From Burkholderiales bacterium (GTDB lineage: Bacteria > Pseudomonadota > Gammaproteobacteria > Burkholderiales > Ga0077523), in contig JAIEQG010000014.1 in assembly GCA_019747905.1 (NCBI GenBank), forward strand, positions 15,434-79,433: a stretch of DNA of 64,000 nucleotides. Reading direction: 5' to 3'. Shown piece by piece: positions 19,745-28,414 of the stretch; the stretch's first letter is position 1; every line of letters starts with the position of its first letter. The notes under the pieces are model-generated. The model had not been told where the DNA came from. It ran no database searches and was given only the letters and a program-made list of their open reading frames with translations. Both the position numbers and the translations under genes were made by a program.

Positions 19745-20389
19745 TCAGTAATACCAGCCGCGACAGACTTCCACAGGCGGCCGGTGCGCCGCACCGCCTA
19801 TCGCTCGGACTGCCTGCCGCTGAACGGTGTCGTTGATCGTCCCCACTCGCCGAACCAGGTGCCACGGTACGAACTCCTGGACCAGGAACTCCGCCTGCTT
19901 GCCCTCCTTGATCTCCGCGGAGCGGAAGTCGGTCGCCTGCACGGCAGCCCAATCCACTTCGACAAGCTGTCCCCGAGTGGCACGGAACTCGGCATAAGGT
20001 GCGCCAGCATTGGATAGCGTGAACGCCCACCGCTTGGGCTGTGCGTCTGCCCAGGCAAGCACGGCGTCTAGATCGAATTCCAGATGCAAGATCGGAACCT
20101 GGCCGCCACGGTAGGCGAGATTCGGGTGGTTCGCCATGTAGATCAGATACAGCATGATGGATCGCGGGCAGAAATAGAAGGGGACGTACTCACCCACCGT
20201 ATCGCCAGGATGGCACTTCACGGGAAGGGTGAGGCGCCTCGCCTTGATGCCGCCCATTCCGATCGATGTCACCGGCCCGTCGTTGCGCGCGAGCAGTGTC
20301 GCGTCGCACCAAAGACCGCCATCCGCCAGGACCGAAGCAAGATTGTCCACATGGGTGATGTGGTACAGCTTTGGCTCGCTCGGCGTCAT
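19745..20389 (-). CDS. darT: DarT toxin (DUF4433 ssDNA ADP-ribosyltransferase)
   Basis: LYHITHVDNL N-terminus, GEYVPFYFCPRS, and C-terminal KQAEFLVQEFVPW carrying the ART-type glutamate. Immediately upstream of the macrodomain gene, in the canonical darT-darG order. Confidence 0.85.
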   Translation of the reverse strand: MTPSEPKLYHITHVDNLASVLADGGLWCDATLLARNDGPVTSIGMGGIKARRLTLPVKCHPGDTVGEYVPFYFCPRSIMLYLIYMANHPNLAYRGGQVPILHLEFDLDAVLAWADAQPKRWAFTLSNAGAPYAEFRATRGQLVEVDWAAVQATDFRSAEIKEGKQAEFLVQEFVPWHLVRRVGTINDTVQRQAVRAIGGAAHRPPVEVCRGWYY

Positions 20390-20446
20390 AACTCTTCGGT
20401 CCTTCGCCTTGACCTCAGCCCGTCCTCGCGGCGACTGCGGAAGTCA

Positions 20447-21556
20447 TCATTCAGCCAGCTCGATATCGGCGAATCGGAGCTTCCTGTTCGGAGTCCGAAT
20501 GGCCCGGACGATCACAGTCCTGTTGACCATCGGGCCAACTACGTCATCCACGGCCTCCTGCAGCCCTTCGACGTGCACTGTGTTCCCATCGACGACAACT
20601 TCCAGCCAGTCCTTATCCAGATGCAACGCACGCAAGGTGCCCCGCAATTCTTCCGGACTTCCATCCTCCGCCTCTGCGATGCGTGACTTGCGGCGTAGTT
20701 GCTCGTTGATGTTTAGACGCGACTGCGGCACGAGCGCAACCGGGCGGGTCTCTCCGGACGAACGCAGTTCGATTCGATCGAAAGTTTTCCCGGTTGGCGC
20801 TAAGTTTCTTGCCAGCTTGAGAAACGTCGCCCGGTAAGCATCGTCCGGCACGAGCTTCACCAACTCGTCCTCACTGTTCCCCGATGAAGCGCTCACGATT
20901 TCCAGGAAGTGATGCGCGACTCGCTCGGGCTCAATGTCATCTCTGAAAAAATCAGCCTGCTGCGGCCTTTGGATCGCCACGGAGAACTGATAGCTTCCCG
21001 GAGCCGACTGGAATAGCCACGGGCGGCAAGCATCTTGAAGCTCTTTCGCTGGCCGAGCCGCCCTGCGATGAGAGATCCCGTTTAGAAATTCAATTGTTCT
21101 AAAGAACATCGATTGGATTGTCTGAACCTTGTCGATCACGAGATCAAGCGGGGCTCCGCCGGTAATGACCTCGCCGCCCTTGACCGAAACCATGACCTGA
21201 CCCGGGAGGAATGCGACGCCTGCCTCCCGCTTGGCGCTTTCCGTCCAGATCGCTTGAATGAGGTTTCTCATCTCATGGCGCGCAAACTCGGGGATGTGGG
21301 GGTCGGCTAGCGTGGCATGCGCAAGTTGCTCGGCGCGCGAGTAGTCGCGAGCCTTGTACCAGAGGGCCACAGCGCTCACTGCAGTTATCCCGCGAGTCCT
21401 CGCCTTCGACGCATCAACTTGGTCGAGAGCCTGTTGTTCTGCAGCCGCGGCCTGCACATACAAGTCCAGAGCATGATCAGTATTCTTGGCGCGCATCGCA
21501 AGCTCGGCCTCGATAGCCAATTGCTCGCTCCGCGCGTGAAGTTCGGCCCATGTCAT
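20447..21556 (-). CDS. Hypothetical protein, 369 aa (second gene of the uncharacterised two-gene module)
   Basis: Clean ORF. Its ATG overlaps the upstream stop (ATGA at 21553-21556). The N-terminal ~110 aa are helical and TPR-like. I recognise no catalytic motif or family. Confidence 0.6.
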   Translation of the reverse strand: MTWAELHARSEQLAIEAELAMRAKNTDHALDLYVQAAAAEQQALDQVDASKARTRGITAVSAVALWYKARDYSRAEQLAHATLADPHIPEFARHEMRNLIQAIWTESAKREAGVAFLPGQVMVSVKGGEVITGGAPLDLVIDKVQTIQSMFFRTIEFLNGISHRRAARPAKELQDACRPWLFQSAPGSYQFSVAIQRPQQADFFRDDIEPERVAHHFLEIVSASSGNSEDELVKLVPDDAYRATFLKLARNLAPTGKTFDRIELRSSGETRPVALVPQSRLNINEQLRRKSRIAEAEDGSPEELRGTLRALHLDKDWLEVVVDGNTVHVEGLQEAVDDVVGPMVNRTVIVRAIRTPNRKLRFADIELAE

Positions 21557-22122
21557 AAGGCGCTCACTTTCTGGATTGCGATGCTCAGTACTTTGAAGCC
21601 GATCACTGAGGCGATGGCCGGCAAGTTGCTCGCGCCGCGCCTGGCCTGTTCAACTTTTTGCCTCAATCGTGCTGCAACGACAGACCGATCGCCCGAATCA
21701 ACACCCGATACCTCGAGTCGCAAACAGTTCTCCAAGTCTTGCGGGTCACTGCCGATGGGCGCGACATACCAGTCTGCCCCCGTGAGTGTGTCCGCGCGCC
21801 GAATTGCGACCATCTGCTCCTCTACTTCCACAGCAGCCAAGCAAACGCCATAGGCGCCAAATTCAGTGGTGTCGGTTTCGTTCGCCCAGGCATTCAATGT
21901 CCTAGCATCCGGTTTCGTGAATTCGATCAGCCGATTGGTTGTCCGACTGCTGGATGACACCTCGGCTTCCACAGGAGATTCGTGATGTCGGCCTAGACAG
22001 ACAGCTGCCGCCTCCGTGTACGCTCCTGCAAGTGAGGCGGTTAAACCAGGATGCCGGGAATCGAGCAGATCGAGCGTCAGAACCCCCTTGCTGGCTTCAC
22101 TCATTGCGTCCCTCTGAGTCAT
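21553..22122 (-). CDS. Hypothetical protein, 189 aa (first gene of the uncharacterised two-gene module)
   Basis: ORF begins 24 nt after the mod stop. The second ATG at 22104 has the better RBS (GAGGGA) and may be the real start. The pattern TEFGAYG ... GADWYV ... LRLEVSG is only loosely nuclease-core-like. No family recognised. Confidence 0.55.
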   Translation of the reverse strand: MTQRDAMSEASKGVLTLDLLDSRHPGLTASLAGAYTEAAAVCLGRHHESPVEAEVSSSSRTTNRLIEFTKPDARTLNAWANETDTTEFGAYGVCLAAVEVEEQMVAIRRADTLTGADWYVAPIGSDPQDLENCLRLEVSGVDSGDRSVVAARLRQKVEQARRGASNLPAIASVIGFKVLSIAIQKVSAL

Positions 22123-22146
22123 ATTTTGAAGTTAATGGAGCGACAG

Positions 22147-25053
22147 TCACTTCACCCGGAACACCTTCATCACCTCGTCCCCGAGGTGGTTGATCACCTT
22201 GACGGCGATACGGCCTGACTTCGGCTTGGCGAACGGGCGCGACGTATCGCTGTGCAGCGTCGCCCAGGCCTCCTTGTCAATCTCGGCCTTGAGCGTGATC
22301 TTGAGCGACTTGTAGGGATCGTTCGCGCCCAGGAAGTAGGCGTGGCGGACGAAGAAGCTCTCCTCGTTGTAGTCGGTGTCGATGAACCAGCAGGCGATCT
22401 CGTCGGGTCCGCTCGATTCGACCCTGCCCTCGTTCGGCCGGAAGATGTCGACGCCGTTGATCCTGACGCGGATGCGGCCGTCAGGCTCGGGCAGCAACGA
22501 GATGTCGGGCTCGCCGAAGATCACGAACAGGTTGCCCTTCCCGGTGTTCTTCAGGTCCTCCGCCATGTGCAGGTCGGCATTCATCCGGGCCTTCAGCACC
22601 GGCAGATCGGCCAGCTTGTTAAACTCGGTGGTGTGCGCTTCGTAGTTGAAGGCGCAGGCGATCAGCACGTCGAAGCCGGCGTCGCGTGCCTCGCGCGCGG
22701 CGGCTACCAGGTCCACACGGGTGACGGTGCCGAACTCTGGGCCGATGAAGATGGCCGCGCGGCGCTGGCGGGCGCTGTGGCCTTCGCCTTCGTCGTACTT
22801 GCCCTCGCCGCAGATGTACTCGCCGGGCCAGGCGGTCAGCGCCGTGAACGTGATGCGCCCCTCCTTGTGCGCCTGCTGGACCCCAGCGGTCTTCAGGTTC
22901 TCGAGGATCATCTGCGGGAAGCTCTGCTTCGCCGCGTAGTCCGCCTCCGGCTCCGCTGCCGTGTCGATCAGCTCGTCGTTCTCGTCCACGCCCAGCACGC
23001 GGTGGGGCGACAGGCTCTCCACCGTGAACGGGCCGGCCACACGCACGCGCTTGTTGTCGGCGTAGGGCTTGTCGTAGAGGTACTCGAACTCGGCCTTCGC
23101 GGCGATGCTGGCGTCGATCGCGTTCTGCCGGACGATGCGGGCCTGCCACCATTCGGCGTGCAGCTTCTTGGCAGCGTCAACCCACTTCGGGTCAGCTTCG
23201 CGGGGAATCTCCCACTCGGCCCAACTCTTCTTCAGAACTGCGTTGAGTTGCTCGCGCAGCGGTTCAAGCGTCTTCTGCCACTCATCCCAGATCACGTCGA
23301 TCTCGGCATTGTTGGCGATGGACTTCAGGGTGACGTGAGGCACGCGCTCGTAGACGAAGCCCTGGCGGATGCTGCCATACACAGGCAGGCTGGACGGCGC
23401 GCTGCGCGTGATCTCGGCTTCCTTCACCTGGCCTCCGCGCGAGTCGGCGAGCAGGTAGTAGGGGTAGCGCGCGCCCATGATGCGGGCGCGGGCCAGTGCC
23501 AGCGCGACGCGCGAGGTGTCGATGGTGATCCAGCGGCGGGCCCATTGCTCGGCGACGTAGGCGGTGGTGCCGGAGCCGCACGTGGGGTCGAGGACGAGGT
23601 CGCCGGGGTCGGTGGTCATCAGCAGACACCGCTGGATGGTTCGCGCTGATGTTTGGACGATGTACGTCTTGTCCTCAGACCGACTGGAGAACTTCACGTC
23701 GCCCCAGATGTTGTTGACAGCAACGGCCGGGAAGTCGTCGATGAAACGCACATAGGCAAGGCTCGTTCCGCGTTCTTCTAGGCGCGCGGCATACCCAAGC
23801 CGTCGCATTCCCGACTCGTTTGTCTTCCAGCGATTCGACAGACTTGGCCTGAACTCCTTGCCATTTAACGGCACAGCGAACCACGATGCTGCGCCCTCGC
23901 CCTTTTCACGGCCCATGCTCTGACTTGTAAGGTTGTCGGGCCGGTAGATGCGTGCTGTTGACGGCACTGCTTCGGGGTCTGCGCGCTCCTCCTTTGTCAT
24001 CGGTCGCCGTTCGAGGTTGTCGAGTTGGACCTTCGAGTACTCGGCGAAGCCAGCTTGATCCCGAACCTTTGGTTCCCACGGCGATCGGAACTTCATCCGC
24101 TCCTTGCTCTTCGCGTACCAGACAAGGTAGTCCGTCACCGGCGCCAAGTAGTCCTGTGTTTGGCTGCTGGTTTTCTCGATGGTGATAAGCGCGACGGAGT
24201 TGTCCTCACCAAACACATCGTCCATCAGTGCGCGAACACGATGAACGTTTTCGTCGCCAATCTGAACGAAGACCGAACCCGAGTCGGTCAGCAGATCGCG
24301 CGCCACCGTCAGCCGATCCCTCAAGTAGGTCAGATACGAGTGAATCCCATCCCGCCACGTATCCCGGAAAGCCTTCACCTGCTCCGGCTCACGGGTGATG
24401 TGGAGCGCGCTGCCGTTCTTCACGTCCCGGCTGGTCGTACTCCACTGGAAGTTGGAGTTGAATTTGATCCCGTAGGGCGGATCGAAGTAGATGCACTGCA
24501 CCTTGCCGCGCAGCCCCTCGCGCTCGGCCAGCGATGCCATCACTTGCAGTGAGTCACCCAGGATCATCCGGTTCGACCAGTTCTGGTCGTGGGCGTAGAA
24601 CTCGGTCTTGTCGGCACCGTGCGGAACGCCGTTGAAGTCGGCGAACAGGTCCGCCGTGCGTTCGCCCTGGTCGTGCTCGCGTTCGCGCGTCTCGCGCAGT
24701 AGATCGTCAATCAGCGCCTTGGCGTGCACCTTCTCCTGGATATAGAGCGGCGGGGCGTGGACGACCAGATCGCTCCAGTCTTGCTGGTCCTTGCCGCGCC
24801 ATACGAGTTGGGGGTCGAGGTCGCGATTGCGTGTCTGCTTCTCGTCCTCTAAGGCTGCGCCTGACTCCGCGCGTGGATAGCTTACCTTCACAGGCGCGAG
24901 CTTCTGCTTTTCCAGCACCGATTGGTATTCAGCGGTGGGGATGTTCTTGCGCTTGGCCTCGTCGTGCTGGATCGTGGTGACCGTCTTGCCCGTGCCCGCC
25001 GAGTTGCTGGATCCTTTGCTGCCTTTCGGAGTGTTGGCCATACTCGTTTTCAA
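22147..25053 (-). CDS. mod: Type III-like DNA methyltransferase (Mod), beta-class N6A/N4C, with a long C-terminal extension
   Basis: Motif IV IYFDPPYG lies N-terminal to motif I VLDPTCGSGTTAYVA, which is the beta permutation. About 400 aa follow motif I. 4-nt overlap with the upstream res gene. Confidence 0.85.
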   Translation of the reverse strand: MKTSMANTPKGSKGSSNSAGTGKTVTTIQHDEAKRKNIPTAEYQSVLEKQKLAPVKVSYPRAESGAALEDEKQTRNRDLDPQLVWRGKDQQDWSDLVVHAPPLYIQEKVHAKALIDDLLRETREREHDQGERTADLFADFNGVPHGADKTEFYAHDQNWSNRMILGDSLQVMASLAEREGLRGKVQCIYFDPPYGIKFNSNFQWSTTSRDVKNGSALHITREPEQVKAFRDTWRDGIHSYLTYLRDRLTVARDLLTDSGSVFVQIGDENVHRVRALMDDVFGEDNSVALITIEKTSSQTQDYLAPVTDYLVWYAKSKERMKFRSPWEPKVRDQAGFAEYSKVQLDNLERRPMTKEERADPEAVPSTARIYRPDNLTSQSMGREKGEGAASWFAVPLNGKEFRPSLSNRWKTNESGMRRLGYAARLEERGTSLAYVRFIDDFPAVAVNNIWGDVKFSSRSEDKTYIVQTSARTIQRCLLMTTDPGDLVLDPTCGSGTTAYVAEQWARRWITIDTSRVALALARARIMGARYPYYLLADSRGGQVKEAEITRSAPSSLPVYGSIRQGFVYERVPHVTLKSIANNAEIDVIWDEWQKTLEPLREQLNAVLKKSWAEWEIPREADPKWVDAAKKLHAEWWQARIVRQNAIDASIAAKAEFEYLYDKPYADNKRVRVAGPFTVESLSPHRVLGVDENDELIDTAAEPEADYAAKQSFPQMILENLKTAGVQQAHKEGRITFTALTAWPGEYICGEGKYDEGEGHSARQRRAAIFIGPEFGTVTRVDLVAAAREARDAGFDVLIACAFNYEAHTTEFNKLADLPVLKARMNADLHMAEDLKNTGKGNLFVIFGEPDISLLPEPDGRIRVRINGVDIFRPNEGRVESSGPDEIACWFIDTDYNEESFFVRHAYFLGANDPYKSLKITLKAEIDKEAWATLHSDTSRPFAKPKSGRIAVKVINHLGDEVMKVFRVK

Positions 25054-28000
25054 ACGGTCGACGCTGTAGCGATCGCGGCGCCGATGGTCTTGGCGACCAT
25101 CGAGTCGAAGGCTTCCTGCACCTTGGTCGCGAAGTCGTGTTGCATCGCGTACACATCCGTGAACTCGGCGAACGCCCAGCGGCCGTGGCTGCCCAGGCGG
25201 TCAACGCCCGGAACCCAGTAGTTGTCCATCGTGTTCTTCTTCTCCTTCGCGTCTTCACCGCGATAGCCCTTGATCTCAACCACCAGATTCAGGAGGTCGC
25301 CGTCGCCGTTTCCATCGTCGATGCGGACGATGAAGTCCGGCCGGTACTTGCGCATCTCAGCTTGGAAGCGGTACGGTACCTCCAGCCCGAGGTTGTGGTT
25401 CTTCACGTAGGCCCGGACGCGCGGATGCTTCTCCGCGACGCGGCAGAACTCGGCCTCCCAGTCGCTGTCGAGCACCACCCAGTTGACGTGACAACGGTGG
25501 GCGTCGGTCGCATAGCGCTCGGTCTTCGTAGTGTTGAAGGCGACGTGCTTCGTGCTGCCGGAGGGGTTGTATGGATCGAGTACGGCCTGGATCGGTCTCG
25601 CCTTCGCAAGTTCGGCGCGCACGATGCCGGCGGTGATGCGCTCGCAGGCGATGTCAGCGAGGGCCTTGTATTTGAGCTGCGCCGGGTAGGTGCCGCCCTT
25701 GCACGCCAGGTGACCTTCGTCGAGCCATTGCTTGACGATGCGCTTCAACTGACCGAACAGGTGCAGCGGCGGTGCTTCGCCGGGTTCGCGCCACTTGTTG
25801 AGCACCAGATGCGAGGTCAGTTCGTACACCACTTGTGAGGGGCGCACGTCTGCCGTGTGAGCCAGCGTCAGGTCCACCGGTTCGCCGATGATGCCGCTGT
25901 TGCGGGTCTCCGTGGCACCCACCAGATCAGGTGTCAGAGTCAGGGTCGAGTCGTCGTCGAACGAGGCCGTGATGCGCTCTTCGGGGAGTTCGATGCGGTA
26001 GCCCTGCACGCGCGGAAAGCGGATCTCCAGCGCGTCGCGGTCCGGCCTGACGGCATGAACACGAATCGTCTCCCGCGGCTTCTGCGGCGGCGCGACCACG
26101 GGCTCGGCGTTGAAGTCGAACGGGATTCCGAGCACGTCGGCGTACTCGACGTTGAAGAGTCCTTCGCTGTTGAGCTCGTAACTCTGGCGCCGCAGCGCGC
26201 GGCCGATGACTTGTTCGCAAAGCAGCTGGGTGCCGAAGGCGCGCACGCCGAGCACGTGGGTTACGGTGTTCGCGTCCCAGCCTTCGGTGAGCATGCTGAC
26301 CGAAACGACGCATCGGATGGATTCGCCCAGCCGTCCTGCCTTGCCAACGGTGTTCATGACTTCGCGCAGCAGGTCCTGGTCGCTGATGTTGTCGGCGGCG
26401 CGCGGGTCGCCGCTGCGCTCGATGATCTCGCGGCGGAATCGTTCGATCTCCTCGGCTGCCACGCCGCGGAAATTGTCGTCCAGCGCCTCCCCGGATTCGA
26501 GTTGTGCGCTGTCGATCAGCAGCGTTCGGGGGTGCCCGAGGGCATTGCCGTGCTCGTCGTGGTTGCGGAACAGTTCGAGGCGGCCGGCCTCGGGCGATCG
26601 TGTTCCGTCTTCGTTCTCGCGTTCGAAGCCGGCGATGTAGTCGTACACCAGCTTCGACGTGGCGGTGTTGTTGCAGACGACGATGAAGCAGGGCGGTACG
26701 TTGATACCGGCGCGCTGCCACAGATCGAACGTCTTGGCATAGTGACCGTACAGCGCCTCGAGCGCCGTGATCAGCGGCGTGGGCAGCTTCAGAGGGTCCA
26801 GCCCGCTCGCCTTGCCGCGCCCCTTCTTCGGCATCTGCTTGGCGATGTGCTTCCAGAGTTCCCGATACATCGGCATCTCGTTGCCGGGAATGTTGTCGGC
26901 GATCGGTACACGCGGCAGTTTCACGATGCCGCACTCGATCGCGTCCATCAGGGAGAAATCCGAGAGAGTCCACGGGAACAACGTACCCTCGGCGTAGCCC
27001 GAGCCGCGCAGGAAGAACGGCGTGGCCGACAGATCCATGATGCGGGTGACGCCGATCTTGCGTTGAACGGCCTCGATGCCGCTGATCCACAGGCGGGCGG
27101 CTTCGTTGTTCTGCTCGGCTTCCTTCTTGTCGTCGCCGGAGAGATCGCTGTCATCAACGCCATCGGCCGCGGCTTTCGGCTTCTCGCGGTAGCAGTGGTG
27201 GGCTTCGTCATTGATCACCATCACCTGCGGCATGCCCATCAGTTCGGGCATCACGCGCTGCAGCATCTGACCTTCGGTTTCCAACGTCTCGGGCGCGTCG
27301 CCGGTGCGGCCCTGCAGCAGTTGCCGCCCGCCCTTGGAGAGTTCGATCCGCTCTCTCAGCTTGAACGCGTGGTAGTTGGTGATGACGATCTTGGCCTTGT
27401 TCAGATCGTCGAGCATGTCGCCCGGCACCAGTTCACGGCTGGCGTAGTAGCTGTCCGGGTCGTTGGGCTGCAGTACGCGCAGGCGGTCGCGAATCGTCAA
27501 GCCAGGGGTGACGATCAGGAAACCGCGAGTGAACCTCTTGCTCCCGGGGCGGCGCATTGCGTTGACCGTCTGCCAGGCGATCAGCATCGCCATCACGGTG
27601 GTCTTGCCGGCACCGGTGGCGAGTTTCAGCGCGAGGCGGCTCAAGCCTGGGTTGGCGTCCCGATTGGCGCTGGCCAGGTGCTCGATGAAGCGCTCGGCCG
27701 ATTTGCCGAGCTGTGGCGCCACCTCGGTGAGCCAGATGGCGGTTTCGGCTGCCTCGACCTGGCAGAAAAAGGGCCGTGTGTCGCTGAATTCGTGATGGCG
27801 CCAGTGTTGCAGTAGCCGCGCGGTCTCGGAGGTAACGCGCCAGTCGCTCGGGCTGGGCAGTGCCCGCCACTTGGCCACCTCGGACCGGACAGCGTTGATC
27901 ACGGCCGTGTGGTCGTACTGCTGCTCCTGAGTCGAGCGCGCGTCGTACAGCAACTCCGTCTGCTCCTCGGCCCCCTTGCGTTTCTTCGGTGCCGGGATCG

Positions 28001-28136
28001 GCATGACGAAATCAGCCCGCCGTCGGCTTTCGAGAATCCGCTGGGTGGGCTGTTTGTCGGGTCCGAGCTCCCAGTGGCGAGCCGGGACCTCGTAGGGCGA
28101 GTTCAGAATCGGACGATCGAAGAACGCCTGGTTCAT
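25050..28136 (-). CDS. res: Type III-like restriction enzyme, Res subunit (SF2 helicase plus PD-ExK nuclease)
   Basis: Walker A LATGAGKTTVM, DEAH box VINDEAHHC, motif VI-like QVIGRALRR, and a C-terminal nuclease core YRPDFIVRI ... LVVEIKGY. Confidence 0.85.
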   Translation of the reverse strand: MNQAFFDRPILNSPYEVPARHWELGPDKQPTQRILESRRRADFVMPIPAPKKRKGAEEQTELLYDARSTQEQQYDHTAVINAVRSEVAKWRALPSPSDWRVTSETARLLQHWRHHEFSDTRPFFCQVEAAETAIWLTEVAPQLGKSAERFIEHLASANRDANPGLSRLALKLATGAGKTTVMAMLIAWQTVNAMRRPGSKRFTRGFLIVTPGLTIRDRLRVLQPNDPDSYYASRELVPGDMLDDLNKAKIVITNYHAFKLRERIELSKGGRQLLQGRTGDAPETLETEGQMLQRVMPELMGMPQVMVINDEAHHCYREKPKAAADGVDDSDLSGDDKKEAEQNNEAARLWISGIEAVQRKIGVTRIMDLSATPFFLRGSGYAEGTLFPWTLSDFSLMDAIECGIVKLPRVPIADNIPGNEMPMYRELWKHIAKQMPKKGRGKASGLDPLKLPTPLITALEALYGHYAKTFDLWQRAGINVPPCFIVVCNNTATSKLVYDYIAGFERENEDGTRSPEAGRLELFRNHDEHGNALGHPRTLLIDSAQLESGEALDDNFRGVAAEEIERFRREIIERSGDPRAADNISDQDLLREVMNTVGKAGRLGESIRCVVSVSMLTEGWDANTVTHVLGVRAFGTQLLCEQVIGRALRRQSYELNSEGLFNVEYADVLGIPFDFNAEPVVAPPQKPRETIRVHAVRPDRDALEIRFPRVQGYRIELPEERITASFDDDSTLTLTPDLVGATETRNSGIIGEPVDLTLAHTADVRPSQVVYELTSHLVLNKWREPGEAPPLHLFGQLKRIVKQWLDEGHLACKGGTYPAQLKYKALADIACERITAGIVRAELAKARPIQAVLDPYNPSGSTKHVAFNTTKTERYATDAHRCHVNWVVLDSDWEAEFCRVAEKHPRVRAYVKNHNLGLEVPYRFQAEMRKYRPDFIVRIDDGNGDGDLLNLVVEIKGYRGEDAKEKKNTMDNYWVPGVDRLGSHGRWAFAEFTDVYAMQHDFATKVQEAFDSMVAKTIGAAIATASTV

Positions 28137-28414
28137 TCCCGGTCCCCGGCGCTCGGTACACCGGGCACCAGGGGCGTAGCCTTAAGCGCCTGCATCAACT
28201 CCCCCGTTCAAGCGTGCGTCTGACGCATTTTCCGATACTTCCCCCATGAAGGGATATCGGCGTGTGAAGGGCAGATTGTCAGGCCGGGGCGCTTCGGCCT
28301 TCTCCATCCAGCGCTGCGATGCAAGCCATGGTGTCGCTATTTTGTCGTTGGGTCAGTGGGTTGAGGCTGCGACGACATGCCTTGTCCGGCATTGCCGGAA
28401 GAGGCGACAGGACG
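28137..28414. promoter_or_regulatory. Intergenic region upstream of res. Presumed promoter region of the minus-strand defence operon and 3' flank of the sugar dehydrogenase gene.
   Basis: 278-bp non-coding gap immediately 5' of the first gene of seven tightly packed co-directional genes. No specific -35/-10 assignment attempted. Confidence 0.3.

Noticed and set aside
19731-20030. N-terminal 100-codon extension of the darG ORF (track entry 18684..20030), overlapping darT.
   Set aside because: The extension is Gly/Arg/Cys-rich nonsense lying out of frame over the darT coding sequence. The macrodomain begins exactly at the ATG at 19730, 14 nt after the darT stop.
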